From positions 5,135-69,134 of the forward strand of contig JBJTUF010000092.1 in NCBI GenBank assembly GCA_046080565.1: DNA of 64,000 nt, given 5' to 3'. Below the pieces are notes generated by a model that saw nothing but the letters and a program-made list of their open reading frames with translations, was not told the origin of the DNA and did not search any database. The translations under genes were made by a program, and so were the position numbers. Within the stretch, counting starts at the first letter, position 1. Each line of letters starts with the position of its first letter. Positions 21,472 to 32,601 of this stretch are shown piece after piece. Origin of the DNA: Cuspidothrix sp. GTDB lineage: Bacteria > Cyanobacteriota > Cyanobacteriia > Cyanobacteriales > Nostocaceae.

Positions 21472-21966
21472 TTAGTCACCATTACCAAATCGTTTGATCA
21501 AATCTTCAGGACGGAGATTAGAAATAAATTCTCGAAAGGCTTGCTGTTCAGCTTCATCAGCATCACGATCTACAGGAATAGAAGCATCAGCTACGACTTC
21601 TTCCATGACCCAGATTGGTGTATTTGTACGCAAAGCAATAGCGATCGCATCACTAGGACGAGCATCAATCTCTTTTTTTACCTCTCCCTGCTGAAGAATC
21701 AAAGCAGCATAAAATGTATCTTTTTGTAAAGTATGAATAATAACCCGATCTAAAGTCATATTCCATGATTCCAGCATATTTACAATCAGATCATGGGTTA
21801 AAGGTCGAGGCGGCTTTTGATTTTCCATAGCCCCCATAATTGCTCTAGCTTGTTCCTGACCTATATAAATGGGTAAAGCGCGACGATCTGAACCATCCTT
21901 CAGAAGTACAATTGGACTGCGGGTGATCGCATCTAATGCTATACCAGCGACTTTCATTTCTATCAT
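21472..21966 (-). CDS. Bifunctional nuclease (DUF151) family
   Basis: LPIYIG, RPLTHDL and DARPSDAIA motifs. Confidence 0.92.
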   Translation of the reverse strand: MIEMKVAGIALDAITRSPIVLLKDGSDRRALPIYIGQEQARAIMGAMENQKPPRPLTHDLIVNMLESWNMTLDRVIIHTLQKDTFYAALILQQGEVKKEIDARPSDAIAIALRTNTPIWVMEEVVADASIPVDRDADEAEQQAFREFISNLRPEDLIKRFGNGD

Positions 21967-22527
21967 TGGTTCAGCCTCTAAAATTCTTTAATAGCCTGGG
22001 ACTATGTAGTAAGTAACACACTTTTTCTGTTCTTCCTGGGGTGGAAATAAACATAGGGTTTTTCTGGTCTATAATGCTTCTATTAAACTCTAATAGCATC
22101 ATGAGGCATAAGCCATAATCTGGGTGAATCGCAGCATTAAATTATAGAAATCGCCAAAGTGTCTTTGAAAATTAAGTAATGATAAAACACAAGACACAAA
22201 CAGACTTACCACTCTCTCACCTCTTATCTTTTAGCTATTACCTGTTATAACTCCACACAGAAGTTTAAGTTGGTTCTACCTATCTAGTGATCAGGTATAA
22301 ATCAAACTATTTTGCACCGACTTACACCATTAATTTATTGATCCTTCATATTTTATCCTTCTTTAATCTTATGATTCAAGTATGCCTTGGGATTGATGCT
22401 AATATATTAATATTGATTTAGCAAAATCAGAAAAAATTAAGCTGGCAAAGCTTTACATTTTTTCCTAGAATTATTAGTTAATTTCCGCCAAAATTAGGCA
22501 ATCAATAGATTTAGTTTTGCAAAAGCT

Positions 22528-23187
22528 GTGTTTACAGGATTAATTCAAGGTTTAGGAACGATCAAACCTCTAACTGGAGATTTGTGGCAAATCAATTGTC
22601 TGACTCAACCACAGACAATAGTTGAGGATTTAGCTTATGGTGATAGTGTAGCGGTAGATGGGGTCTGTCTAACAGTGGCAGAAATTCTCAAAGATGGCTT
22701 TATTGCCACCGCTTCACCGGAAACCCTGCGCCGCACCACACTAGGCAAAGAAGAAATTCAACAAAGATATGTCAATCTAGAAACGTCGCTGCGGGTAGGT
22801 GGTAAAGTTGGTGGTCATTTTGTTATGGGTCATGTAGATGGAATTGGTCAGTTAATTACATCAGTACAAACTGCTACTTCCTGGGAAATGACTTTTGTTG
22901 CCCCACCGGCGATCGCTCGCTATATAGTTCCTAAAGGTAGCATTGCTATTAATGGTATTAGCCTCACCATAGCTGAATACACATCAGAATCATCTCAATT
23001 TACAGTCGCCGTCATTCCGCTTACCTACAGCGAAACCAATCTGAATCATTTAGTTTCTGGTAGTTGGGTAAATTTAGAAGGCGACATTCTTGGTAAATAC
23101 GTGGAAAAATTCCTCACATCGGGAAATAATCACCATCAACAAGAGGAAATCACACCTGCATTTCTAGCAGAAAACGGCTATTTGTAG
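22528..23187 (+). CDS. ribE: Riboflavin synthase alpha chain
   Basis: MFTGLI N-terminus, GGHFVMGHVD and KGSIAINGISLT motifs. Confidence 0.95.
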   Translation: MFTGLIQGLGTIKPLTGDLWQINCLTQPQTIVEDLAYGDSVAVDGVCLTVAEILKDGFIATASPETLRRTTLGKEEIQQRYVNLETSLRVGGKVGGHFVMGHVDGIGQLITSVQTATSWEMTFVAPPAIARYIVPKGSIAINGISLTIAEYTSESSQFTVAVIPLTYSETNLNHLVSGSWVNLEGDILGKYVEKFLTSGNNHHQQEEITPAFLAENGYL

Positions 23188-23272
23188 AGGGAGGCAGGAG
23201 GCAATAGGCAATAGGTAGTAGGGGCGAACCGCTGTTCGCCCTTACAACAATCAAGAGTTAACCATAACCAAG

Positions 23273-24943
23273 CTACTGAACTTGGGCTGTTCTTGTTCCT
23301 TCTGTTCTGCCTAGCAATTGATTTAAACCAGCTTGTAACTTCATACCTGGATCCACTGCCACCCATCCATTTTGAGTGAGGTGACGGACTTCAAAATGGA
23401 GGTGAGGTCCAGTAGAGTTACCAGTGCTGCCTACTCGACCAATGACAGTTCCTGCTTCTACAAATTGACCAGGTTGAACCAAGATTTCTGACATATGGCC
23501 GTAGAGGGTTTGTTGAGCCGAACTGTGATTTACAATTACAGTTAAACCATAGCCACCTAACCAATTAGCTGTTGCTACCTGACCCTTAGCGGCGGCTACA
23601 ATTGGTGTTCCGGTAGGCGCACCGATATCTGTACCAGCATGGAAACGGCGATCGCCTGTGATCGGATGTATACGCCAGCCAAATAATGATGTAATGGGTG
23701 CAGCTACAGACAGAGGAAATACCACTCCTGAACCACCACCACCACGATAAGCTAGGGTGTTAGTATAAGGAACTTCAGGTAATACAGACGCTAGAGAAAA
23801 GTCATAAGACACCATACTAGGACGGGGAGCAACATTTCCCTGGATCATTGGTGCTGGTAAACTACCTACCTGGGGCGCAATAGGAGTAGAACTTACCCTA
23901 GTCGTGCTAAATTCGCTAGGGCTGGGGATAAAACGATTAGCATTATAACCAGCTTTGGTATGACTGCTGGTATTATTTCTGGAACTTTGCCAAGTATTGG
24001 GAGTTTGACTAATTTTGTTGACAGTATTAGCCACAACTCCAGCCACATTGGGAGGTTGATTACTGTTTGCTGTCCTCGTTCTCAGCACTGGAGAAACGAC
24101 AGGTAATTTAGCAGTTTCACTTTTTTTCAACCAAGTTGGCACAGATTCTTTAGACTTAGCTACACCAGGAGTTTGCGGTGCTTTAGCGCAACCATTTTGT
24201 CCTGGGGTAACATTGGAACTACAACCGCTAGAACGTCCTGTTACTACTACAGAACTAGGAGGTTCATAGTTATCTGTATTTGCATTTTTGTAATCCGTAG
24301 GATCAATATAAGCGTTGTTATAATCCGTGGGTTTATTGTCTGTATCCTTAGCAGTATTTTGAGAATCATTTCCTGACTGCCTTACTTCTGGGAATTTTTT
24401 CACTCCAGAGACAGTTTCATTCACACTAGCAGCAGGTTGAGTATCTTCCCCTTTGGGTTTAGTAATTCTCACACTAGCAGCAGGTTGAGTATCTTCTCCT
24501 TTGGGTTTAGTAATTCTCACACTAGCAGCAGGTTGAGTATTTTCCCCTTTGGGTTTAGTAATTCTCACACTAGCAGCAGGTTGAGTATCTTCCGCTTTCG
24601 GTTTAATAATTTTTACAGTATCGCTATCAGAAGACTTTTGAATATTGAGCCTCTTTTTCAGATTAGCTTGCCGGGCAGAAAAATCTGGCTGTGGCTTGGC
24701 TATTTCTGGAATCACAATCTCTTTTGGAGGTTGACTTGTTACTGCGGATGGTTGGGAATTTTCAATAGTGGGAACAACATTATCTATTGATGAAGATTCC
24801 GTTTGAGCAGTAACAAAGCCACTACCAAGAATACTAACGCTACTTAGTAAACAGAGACTTTGGGCTGGTAATCTAGAAGCAAAGCGTTTTCTCATACCAC
24901 CGTAGTAAAAATTTTTATGGGCAGATTTATGGCGCTGCGTCAT
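23273..24943 (-). CDS. M23 family metallopeptidase with long disordered N-terminus
   Basis: HAGTD, YGH and GPHLHFE motifs. Confidence 0.92.
   Translation of the reverse strand: MTQRHKSAHKNFYYGGMRKRFASRLPAQSLCLLSSVSILGSGFVTAQTESSSIDNVVPTIENSQPSAVTSQPPKEIVIPEIAKPQPDFSARQANLKKRLNIQKSSDSDTVKIIKPKAEDTQPAASVRITKPKGENTQPAASVRITKPKGEDTQPAASVRITKPKGEDTQPAASVNETVSGVKKFPEVRQSGNDSQNTAKDTDNKPTDYNNAYIDPTDYKNANTDNYEPPSSVVVTGRSSGCSSNVTPGQNGCAKAPQTPGVAKSKESVPTWLKKSETAKLPVVSPVLRTRTANSNQPPNVAGVVANTVNKISQTPNTWQSSRNNTSSHTKAGYNANRFIPSPSEFSTTRVSSTPIAPQVGSLPAPMIQGNVAPRPSMVSYDFSLASVLPEVPYTNTLAYRGGGGSGVVFPLSVAAPITSLFGWRIHPITGDRRFHAGTDIGAPTGTPIVAAAKGQVATANWLGGYGLTVIVNHSSAQQTLYGHMSEILVQPGQFVEAGTVIGRVGSTGNSTGPHLHFEVRHLTQNGWVAVDPGMKLQAGLNQLLGRTEGTRTAQVQ
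24421..24610. repeat. 48-bp in-frame tandem repeat (~4 units) in the M23 peptidase
   Basis: Units start at 24421, 24469, 24517 and 24565 and encode KPKGEDTQPAASVRIT. Confidence 0.92.
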
Positions 24944-25140
24944 TTTTCCCTTGCGTTGTGTGTAATAAAGTGACTGTAAAAATTAAGGAGTTTAGGAGTT
25001 AGAAGGAGCGAACGGCCGTTCGCCTGTACAGGAGTTCAGTAGAAATAAATTTCTCCCCTACTCCTGTGCTTCCCTGGGTTCCTGCGTCTTTTAGGGGCAA
25101 CCATGGGGGGACTGCCCCTACTTTTCCCCTTTTCCCTGAA

Positions 25141-25947
25141 TCATTTTTGACGATAACCCAAACTGATTGTACCCGGTTGCAGAGAAATTTCTGGTATTAC
25201 AGGTGTTTTTGGATCAAAATTTGCCATTTGTAAGCGGAGATTACCCTCTTGAGTAACTCCCACTACTGTACCTAAAAAATTATTGACATAGACCTGATCA
25301 CCCATATTTGTGAGTACATCAAGATAGCGAGACAAAAGAATATTTATTCCTTCGACCTGTAGACAGTCTATACCGGACTTAATTCCTAGTAAAACTTGAG
25401 CAGTTAGGGTTTCTAAATGATGAATCATCTGATAATTATGGGAATTTTGCCATAGTTGCAGATTAATTCCTGTTTCTGGGACTTGATTTGTCCAGTTGAT
25501 ACCAACACCAATTACAGCTTGAGTGATTTGTCCTTGATTAACTTTCGTTTCCGTTAAAATGCCGCCTAACTTACGACCATCTAATACTAAATCATTTGGC
25601 CATTTTATGCCTACTGGTAGACCACATTTTTGCAATTGTGCTGTAATTCCCCAAGCACTAGCTAAAGTAAGTTGATAACTGCTAGTAGCTTGTAATTGAG
25701 GATCTATTGCCATCGAAAGATATAGACCACCAGTATCAGATTGCCATTGACGACCCCATTGCCCTCGTCCTGCGGTTTGGTGGGTGGCAATAACTACAGA
25801 ACCAGATTGTTCTCCTTCGTTAATTAGTTTCCACAGAACTTGATTTGTGGAGGATACAGTGTTAAAAATATGTAGAGAGAATGGTAAATTTTGCTGCTGA
25901 TATTCTAGTTTTAAGCTATCTACCAAAAGTTGCCGATTAAATTCCAC
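25141..25947 (-). CDS. birA: Biotin-protein ligase
   Basis: QTAGRGQWGRQW, KWPND and KLGGILTE motifs. Confidence 0.95.
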   Translation of the reverse strand: MEFNRQLLVDSLKLEYQQQNLPFSLHIFNTVSSTNQVLWKLINEGEQSGSVVIATHQTAGRGQWGRQWQSDTGGLYLSMAIDPQLQATSSYQLTLASAWGITAQLQKCGLPVGIKWPNDLVLDGRKLGGILTETKVNQGQITQAVIGVGINWTNQVPETGINLQLWQNSHNYQMIHHLETLTAQVLLGIKSGIDCLQVEGINILLSRYLDVLTNMGDQVYVNNFLGTVVGVTQEGNLRLQMANFDPKTPVIPEISLQPGTISLGYRQK

Positions 25948-26002
25948 CGCAGTTCCCCATAGTTGAGTTCAAAATTTTTTTGGTTTTTGGGCAAATCTTT
26001 TT

Positions 26003-26131
26003 AAGTAGGTGGACGTGAAATAACCAAAATGTGTAAAGAAAAGTAGAATCGCTGAAAACTTTTTCACTCTTACCTTTTGCAAGAAAGCCTCTTGCCTTGC
26101 TATAACGATAATTTTTAAGTCCAACCTACTT
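26003..26131. mobile_element. MITE-like element with AAGTAGGT(T)GGAC terminal inverted repeats
   Basis: AAGTAGGTGGAC at left and GTCCAACCTACTT at right. Confidence 0.55.
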
Positions 26132-26193
26132 AGCCGTTGTTCAAGTTAGCATTGATTGAAGATTATTAATTTTCTCTTGAGGTTTGGTTAAAG

Positions 26194-26970
26194 ATGCACA
26201 TTTGGCACTGGCAGAATTGGCAAGGTCTACCTTACCTAACTTGTAGTTTACTCAAACCTTGGCCACACGGTTTCTTTACCCAACAGTTTTGGCCACGTCC
26301 ACCCGATGAACTAACTCAAGCACTACAACCAGAGGCTTCAGCTTATCGTTTAAAACAGGTACATGGCAATACTGTTTTAACTCCCCAAGAAATTGATGAT
26401 TACATCAATACCAGTGATGATGATTTGGCTTTGGCAGATGGTTTAATTAGTGAGCAACCTTTACAAGCTGTTTGGGTAGCTTCTGCTGATTGTACACCTG
26501 TGTTAATTGGAGATGTGAAGACTGGACAGGTGGCAGCTTTACACGCTGGTTGGCGAGGTACGGCGGCGAAAATTATCCCCGAAGCTATTAACAGAATGCA
26601 GTCCCACGGTAGTAATTTAGCAGATTTGCGGGTGGCAATGGGCCCAGCGATTGCGGGAGAAGTTTATCAAGTTTCTGTGGAAGTAGCGGCACAAATTGGT
26701 AATAGTATTATATCAGATAATGATCCAGAAAAAATAGTTGCTGCGTTACATGATTTACCCAATTCACCTTTATTTCCAGATGAGGAACCAGGAAAGGTAC
26801 GTTTAGATGTGCGCCGGGTAAATGCTTTACAGTTAGAGAAATTGGGAATTAGTGTGGAACAAATTGCGATCGCTCCTTATTGTACTTTCCAAACTCCGGA
26901 ACATTTCTTTTCCTATCGTCGAGAAAGGGAAAAAAAGGTGCAATGGTCAGGAATTGTTAGTTTGGAATAG
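26194..26970 (+). CDS. pgeF: PgeF/YfiH family protein
   Basis: QVHG, ADCTPV, HAGWRG and FFSYRR motifs. Confidence 0.93.
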   Translation: MHIWHWQNWQGLPYLTCSLLKPWPHGFFTQQFWPRPPDELTQALQPEASAYRLKQVHGNTVLTPQEIDDYINTSDDDLALADGLISEQPLQAVWVASADCTPVLIGDVKTGQVAALHAGWRGTAAKIIPEAINRMQSHGSNLADLRVAMGPAIAGEVYQVSVEVAAQIGNSIISDNDPEKIVAALHDLPNSPLFPDEEPGKVRLDVRRVNALQLEKLGISVEQIAIAPYCTFQTPEHFFSYRREREKKVQWSGIVSLE

Positions 26971-27216
26971 TTACCGACCTCAAGGCGCGGCTATTATTGA
27001 TGCTTTATTGACTGGTGCGACTCTTGATGTAGGGGATATTTCTGAGTGCCTAAAATCATAACCTAAAACTTTTCAAACATCTTCTCAGATGTGGTCAAAA
27101 TGCAAAAATTGCATCATCAAATTAACATTGGTGAATATGTTCTTTTCCATCAAACGTAATATTTTTATTAAGCTGCTGAAAATTTAGAAGTTGAGTAACT
27201 TTTAAGACAGAAAAAG

Positions 27217-27230
27217 GTAGTAAATAATAC
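27217..27230 (+). promoter_or_regulatory. NtcA binding site upstream of amt
   Basis: GTAGTAAATAATAC matches GTA-N8-TAC, about 50 bp before the amt start. Confidence 0.7.
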
Positions 27231-27281
27231 GAATTGTATTTAATTAAGACCAAAATTGCAGGCGCAGAGGAAAGAAAAGAA

Positions 27282-28670
27282 GTGTTCAAAAAAGCGGTTA
27301 TTGTCGGGTGTTTAACTCTATTCTTGCTTTTAGGGTTGTTAACGGCAAGTGCTTTTGCCCAAGGTGTAGTGGGTACAACTGCTCCTGATACGGGAGATAC
27401 AGCATTTATGTTGATCTCATCGGGCTTAGTATTACTCATGACTCCAGGATTAGCATTCTTTTATGGTGGGTTTGTGCGATCGCACAATATTCTCAACACA
27501 TTAATGATGAGTTTTGTGTTGATGGGAATTGTGGGAGTAAGCTGGGTTTTGTGGGGTTATAGTCTCTCTTTTGCTCCTGGTTTACCCTTCATTGGTGGCT
27601 TACAGTGGCTAGGGTTAAACGGTGTCGGCCTAGAAACAACGGGTTATCTAGAAGGTTCAGCACCAGCAGAAGTTGTTTCCTATGCGGGGACAATTCCCCA
27701 TCAAGCATTCATGATCTATCAGGCCATGTTTGCAATTATTACCCCAGCTTTAATTTCGGGAGCGATCGCAGAACGGATGAGTTTCCGTGCATATTGTCTC
27801 TTTGTATTACTGTGGTCAAATTTCATCTACACACCCTTAGCACACATGGTTTGGGCAAAAGGGGGATTTTTAGGATTATATGGTGGTATAGGCTCTCTAG
27901 ATTTTGCTGGTGGCACTGTAGTTCATATCAGTTCTGGTGTTTCCGCCCTAGTAGCAGCCATTGTTCTGGGCCCAAGAAAAAACTATCCAGATCGTCTCAG
28001 TCCACCACATAATGTTCCCTTTATTTTATTAGGTGCTGGTTTACTGTGGTTTGGTTGGTTTGGTTTTAATGCGGGTAGTGCCTTATCCGCCGGCTCAGTT
28101 GCCACAGTAGCCTTTGTCGCTACTAATACATCAGCCGCAGCAGGGGCTTTGATGTGGTTGATTTTAGAAGCCACATTAAGAGGAAAACCCACCGCTGTGG
28201 GAGCAGCAACAGGGGCTGTTGCGGGTTTAGTTGGTATCACCCCCGCCGCAGGATTTGTGACACCTGTAGCTGCAATTTTAATAGGTTTTATTACCTCGGT
28301 GGTTTGCTTCTATGCTGTTAGTTTCAAGCATAAAGTCCAGGTTGATGATGCCTTAGATACCTATCCTGTACATGGAGTTGGTGGTACTGTGGGCGCGATT
28401 TTAACAGCTATATTTGCTACGGTTGAAGTTAACAGCGGTGGGAAAGATGGTGTTCTCCGTGGTAATTTTAGTGAATTATTTGTGGAATTAGCAGCGATCG
28501 CCCTGGCCTATATTATTGCTGGAGTGGGAACTTGGATCATTTTGAAAATTATTGCGGTTACAGTCGGTTTACGAGTTCCAGAACAAACAGAAGATCAAGG
28601 TTTAGATATCAACGAACATGGGGAAGAAGGTTATAACTCTGAGTTTGCAGATCGTATTTCTACTAGGTAG
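27282..28670 (+). CDS. amt: Ammonium transporter
   Basis: TPGLAFFYGG, DFAGGTVVH, WFGWFGFNAGS and DDALD..PVHG motifs; GTG at 27282 preferred over TTG at 27234. Confidence 0.95.
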   Translation: MFKKAVIVGCLTLFLLLGLLTASAFAQGVVGTTAPDTGDTAFMLISSGLVLLMTPGLAFFYGGFVRSHNILNTLMMSFVLMGIVGVSWVLWGYSLSFAPGLPFIGGLQWLGLNGVGLETTGYLEGSAPAEVVSYAGTIPHQAFMIYQAMFAIITPALISGAIAERMSFRAYCLFVLLWSNFIYTPLAHMVWAKGGFLGLYGGIGSLDFAGGTVVHISSGVSALVAAIVLGPRKNYPDRLSPPHNVPFILLGAGLLWFGWFGFNAGSALSAGSVATVAFVATNTSAAAGALMWLILEATLRGKPTAVGAATGAVAGLVGITPAAGFVTPVAAILIGFITSVVCFYAVSFKHKVQVDDALDTYPVHGVGGTVGAILTAIFATVEVNSGGKDGVLRGNFSELFVELAAIALAYIIAGVGTWIILKIIAVTVGLRVPEQTEDQGLDINEHGEEGYNSEFADRISTR

Positions 28671-29013
28671 AAATTTCTGATAGGGAAGCGTGACGTAAGC
28701 CATAAAAGTCTGTTTCTGGGGTGCAAAATGTGGGATGATCTTAATCCCGCTTTTATCCCCTTAATGACTGCCAATTCTGTAGCTAAAAAGCAAGTTGTTT
28801 TTGTAGATAATATTATGTCCGGTAGAATACTTATCATATCTGTTGGGGCTGGTAATTGCTAATTGGGCAAAAATAATTATTACTCAAAAACTTATATCGT
28901 AAGTGATTGACCGGACTTGATATAATACCAATTTTATGTGAAGCTGCTTATGTTTATTACCCCCCGGCGTTGCTGTTTGACCCCAAAATCCCCACGCCTT
29001 TAGGCTCGGTAGT

Positions 29014-29102
29014 ATAGCTGTAGCCAGGATAATTAGGACATTATGAATCCTTGAAACATATATATAACAAGGCTTTTTCTCCTGCCTCCTGTCTTCTGCT
29101 AT
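29014..29102. repeat. CCTGGCTACAGCTAT-family repeat (inverted)
   Basis: Reverse complement of the 14254 and 18959 copies. Confidence 0.75.
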
Positions 29103-29142
29103 ATGTCAAAATGAAGTTCAATATCAGTAATATTTATTAGTC

Positions 29143-30003
29143 GTGTCTAACCGTATAAAAAACTTTCCTCTTTGGGGAGTATTCGCGCTGTTAAGTAATA
29201 TCATCCTGATGTTAGCGGTGATTTTATTAATTTGGCGACAGTATAAAAGCACCCCTGAAATCTCCAGCATACCAATCCGAGAGCAACGAGAACCAGTGAA
29301 GCTAGACTGGAATAATCAATATGTACCACCAGAGTTAGGACCTCGCCATAAACTCAGTTATCCCGAATGGTTAGATATTCTCAAGCAAGAAGCGAAAATA
29401 ACTGTTCAGAAAAAGCCGCCACGTTTAACTATATTGGCAGGAGATTCTCTGAGTTTATGGTTTCCACCAGAATTATTACCAGATAATAGAACTTGGTTAA
29501 ATCAAGGTATTTCTGGGGAAGTTACCAACGGACTACTACAAAGATTAGATTTTTTTGACCGCACCCAACCAGAGATGATTTTCATTATGGTGGGAATTAA
29601 TGATTTAATTCGTGGCTTGGATGATGCGGAAATTTTGGGTAATTATCGGCAAATTATTACTTATTTGCTAAAGATACACCCCCAAGCGGAAATTCTGGTG
29701 CAGTCAATTTTACCTCATGGTGCGGAGGGGGCAACTTGGGAAGGTAAGGAGAAACTGCTGGCTATTCCGAATACTCGAATTCGCACTTTAAATGAGGAAT
29801 TAAAAAAAATTGCTGTTGAAAAAGGTGTAAAATATCTCGATTTACATCCTCTATTTACTGATAAACAAGGTAATCTCCGTTCAGATTTTACGACCGACGG
29901 TTTACATTTAAGTCCTCCAGGTTATCTGGTGTGGCGGACTGCTTTGCAAATGTATTTAGAGGGAATAGGGAATAGGGAAGAGGGAATAGGCAAGAGGCAA
30001 TAG
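29143..30003 (+). CDS. SGNH/GDSL lipase-acylhydrolase, membrane anchored
   Basis: GDSLS, NQGISG, GIND and DGLH motifs; C-terminus runs into GGGAATA heptamer repeats. Confidence 0.9.
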   Translation: MSNRIKNFPLWGVFALLSNIILMLAVILLIWRQYKSTPEISSIPIREQREPVKLDWNNQYVPPELGPRHKLSYPEWLDILKQEAKITVQKKPPRLTILAGDSLSLWFPPELLPDNRTWLNQGISGEVTNGLLQRLDFFDRTQPEMIFIMVGINDLIRGLDDAEILGNYRQIITYLLKIHPQAEILVQSILPHGAEGATWEGKEKLLAIPNTRIRTLNEELKKIAVEKGVKYLDLHPLFTDKQGNLRSDFTTDGLHLSPPGYLVWRTALQMYLEGIGNREEGIGKRQ

Positions 30004-30177
30004 GCAAGAGGCAATAGTTCAGGAGGAAATATGAAGGAATAAGAAAATAATTTTCTCCCCCGCTCCCCTGCCTCTCCGCCCCTCCGCTCTCCGAAACGTT
30101 AATATTTCCGTGAAAAAGCCACAATCGTCTCCAAGTGCGAGAAAATCAAAAAGAGTAACTTTAGTTGTCAATCTCAA

Positions 30178-31407
30178 ATGGATACAAAAGCTTTTAAACG
30201 CAGCCTTCAACATTCAGCGAATTACAATCGTAAAGGCTTTGGCCATCAAGCGGAAGTTTCTACCCAGTTACAATCTGAATATCAAAGTAACTTAATTCAG
30301 GAAATACGCGATGCCTCCGGCGAGCATAGCTATCGCAACTACATTCTCAAACGTGGTGATGTTACCATTCAATTAGCTCAAGCTTTTGGCTTTTGTTGGG
30401 GTGTGGAACGCGCTGTAGCCATGGCCTATGAAACCCGTCAGCATTTCCCTACAGAACGCATTTGGATTACTAATGAAATTATTCATAATCCATCTGTTAA
30501 TAAAAGAATGCAGGAAATGCAGGTAGAATTTATTCCTGTAATTGACAAAGTAAAAGATTTTTCTGTGGTTGGTAAGGGCGATGTAGTGATTTTACCAGCC
30601 TTTGGTGCAAGTGTTCAAGAAATGCAAATCTTGAATGATAAAGGCTGTCAAATTGTAGATACTACTTGTCCTTGGGTTTCTAAGGTTTGGAACACTGTAG
30701 AAAAGCATAAAAAAGGCGATTATACTTCCATTATTCATGGAAAATATAAACATGAAGAAACCGTTGCTACAAGTTCCTTTGCTGGCAAATATTTGATTGT
30801 TTTGAATTTAAAAGAAGCAGAATATGTAACTAATTATATTCTCAATGGAGGCGATCGCCAGGAATTTTTAACTAAGTTTGCCAAAGCTTATTCGGTGGGA
30901 TTTGATCCTGATCAAGATTTACAACGGGTAGGTATTGCTAACCAAACAACCATGCTCAAAGGTGAAACCGAACAAATCGGCAAAATGCTGGAACGCACCA
31001 TGATGCAAAAATATGGCCCAGCAGAATTAAATCAGCATTTCCAAAATTTTAATACCATCTGTGATGCGACTCAAGAACGTCAAGATGCTATGTTAGAATT
31101 AGTAGAAGAAGATGTAGATTTAATGATAGTTATTGGTGGGTTTAATTCATCAAATACCACCCAATTACAACAGATTGCTTTTGATCGGGGTATTCCTTCC
31201 TATCACATTGATTGTGTAGATAGAATTCACTCAGCTAATAGTATTGAACATCGCCAATTATCAGGTGATTTAGTAATTACAGAAAATTGGCTACCATCAG
31301 GAGAAATTAAAGTTGGTGTCACTTCTGGCGCTTCTACACCGGATAAAGTTGTGGAAGATGTCATTGAGAAAATTTTTGCCCTCAAAGCTACAGCAGCTTT
31401 AGTGTAA
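30178..31407 (+). CDS. ispH: 4-hydroxy-3-methylbut-2-enyl diphosphate reductase
   Basis: [28 protein letters not shown] and GASTP motifs. Confidence 0.97.
   Translation: MDTKAFKRSLQHSANYNRKGFGHQAEVSTQLQSEYQSNLIQEIRDASGEHSYRNYILKRGDVTIQLAQAFGFCWGVERAVAMAYETRQHFPTERIWITNEIIHNPSVNKRMQEMQVEFIPVIDKVKDFSVVGKGDVVILPAFGASVQEMQILNDKGCQIVDTTCPWVSKVWNTVEKHKKGDYTSIIHGKYKHEETVATSSFAGKYLIVLNLKEAEYVTNYILNGGDRQEFLTKFAKAYSVGFDPDQDLQRVGIANQTTMLKGETEQIGKMLERTMMQKYGPAELNQHFQNFNTICDATQERQDAMLELVEEDVDLMIVIGGFNSSNTTQLQQIAFDRGIPSYHIDCVDRIHSANSIEHRQLSGDLVITENWLPSGEIKVGVTSGASTPDKVVEDVIEKIFALKATAALV
30311..30331. mobile_element. 21-nt SDR5-like insertion within a HIP1 site, in frame in ispH
   Basis: GCG|ATGCCTCCGGCGAGCATAGCT|ATCGC; removing 21 nt restores GCGATCGC. 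Confidence 0.8.
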
Positions 31408-31464
31408 TTATTTTTGATGTTCCTCAAATATAACTAGAGACGTTCCATGGAACGCCTCTACAAT

Positions 31465-31572
31465 TACAGCATATTTGATATCAATGAGGTAAAACCACAA
31501 AATCATAAAACCCTTGTGGAACAGGCATCCTCCCTGTTAAACTTGTACCTCATAACTTAGGAAACTGCCGTG
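31465..31572. repeat. Inverted copy of the 2923..3029 repeat
   Basis: Shares ATCATAAAACCCTTGTGGAACAGGCATCC with the reverse complement of the 2923 copy. Confidence 0.75.
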
Positions 31573-31619
31573 TGATTGATAATTTTAGATGAAAAAATCC
31601 AAAATCTAAAATTGAGTAA

Positions 31620-32219
31620 CTAAGCAGCTAAATTTTCAGCTACAAAATCCCAGTTCACCAAATTATCTAAGAAATTTTTGATGAACCCAGGACGAGCATT
31701 TTTGAAATCAATGTAGTAAGCGTGTTCCCAAACGTCAATGGTGAGAAGTGCTTTTTTACCATGAGCAAGAGGGTTTTCGGCGTTGGGGGTTTTCATTACT
31801 TTGAGTGTACCACCATCATCAACTAACCAAGCCCAACCACTACCGAATTGAGTTGCCGCAGCATTAGAAAATTCTTCTTTGAATTTGTCGAAGCTACCAA
31901 AATCTTTTTCAATTCTAGCTGCTAAATTGCCTGTAGGTGCGCCGCCACCTGCGGGTTTTAAGCAATTCCAGAAGAAAGTATGATTCCAAACTTGAGCAGC
32001 ATTATTGAAAATGCCAACTTTTGTAGAGTCTTTAAAAGCGATTTGAATTACTTCTTCCAAAGATTTGGTAGCTAATTCTGTACCTTCAGTTAACTTATTG
32101 AGGTTATCTACATAAGCTTTATGATGCTTACCATAGTGATACTCAAAGGTTTCAGCTTTCATGCCATAAGGCTCTAGAGCATAAGAATCAAAAGGTAAGG
32201 GGGGTTGTGTAAATGCCAT
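31620..32219 (-). CDS. sodB: Fe superoxide dismutase
   Basis: HYGKHH, AAQVWNHTFFW, QFGSGWAW and DVWEHAYY motifs. Confidence 0.96.
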   Translation of the reverse strand: MAFTQPPLPFDSYALEPYGMKAETFEYHYGKHHKAYVDNLNKLTEGTELATKSLEEVIQIAFKDSTKVGIFNNAAQVWNHTFFWNCLKPAGGGAPTGNLAARIEKDFGSFDKFKEEFSNAAATQFGSGWAWLVDDGGTLKVMKTPNAENPLAHGKKALLTIDVWEHAYYIDFKNARPGFIKNFLDNLVNWDFVAENLAA

Positions 32220-32601
32220 TGTATGAAATCCTCTCTTTACTGTTTTCTAGTTGAAAGCTATCAAAAGCTCCAGAAATTCCAGGCTTTATATGGTCTGGTC
32301 TTATATCTTTAAGGATCGGGATATAAAACTTAACATTGCTATTCTACTACCAAAATGAAAATTCTCAGCACTGTCAAAGTAGTTATTCTAGAAGAGAACC
32401 CCGAAAATTGCCAGCTTTAGCCCAAATGCGCCCTTTAGGACGTTGTATAATGCGTTGCATAAGCCTTGGTACTAAATACTTTGTCTATTGCTAGAGATGA
32501 TCTGGATATTGTAAATTGTTGTAGGGGAGCGATCGCTATACTGAAGATTAGGCAACAAATTTTATCAACTTGTCCTACTCAAAAATTACCATCAACAAAT
32601 C

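Noticed and set aside
24421-24610. Possible CRISPR array
   Set aside because: Contiguous 48-bp units without unique spacers, in frame within a CDS
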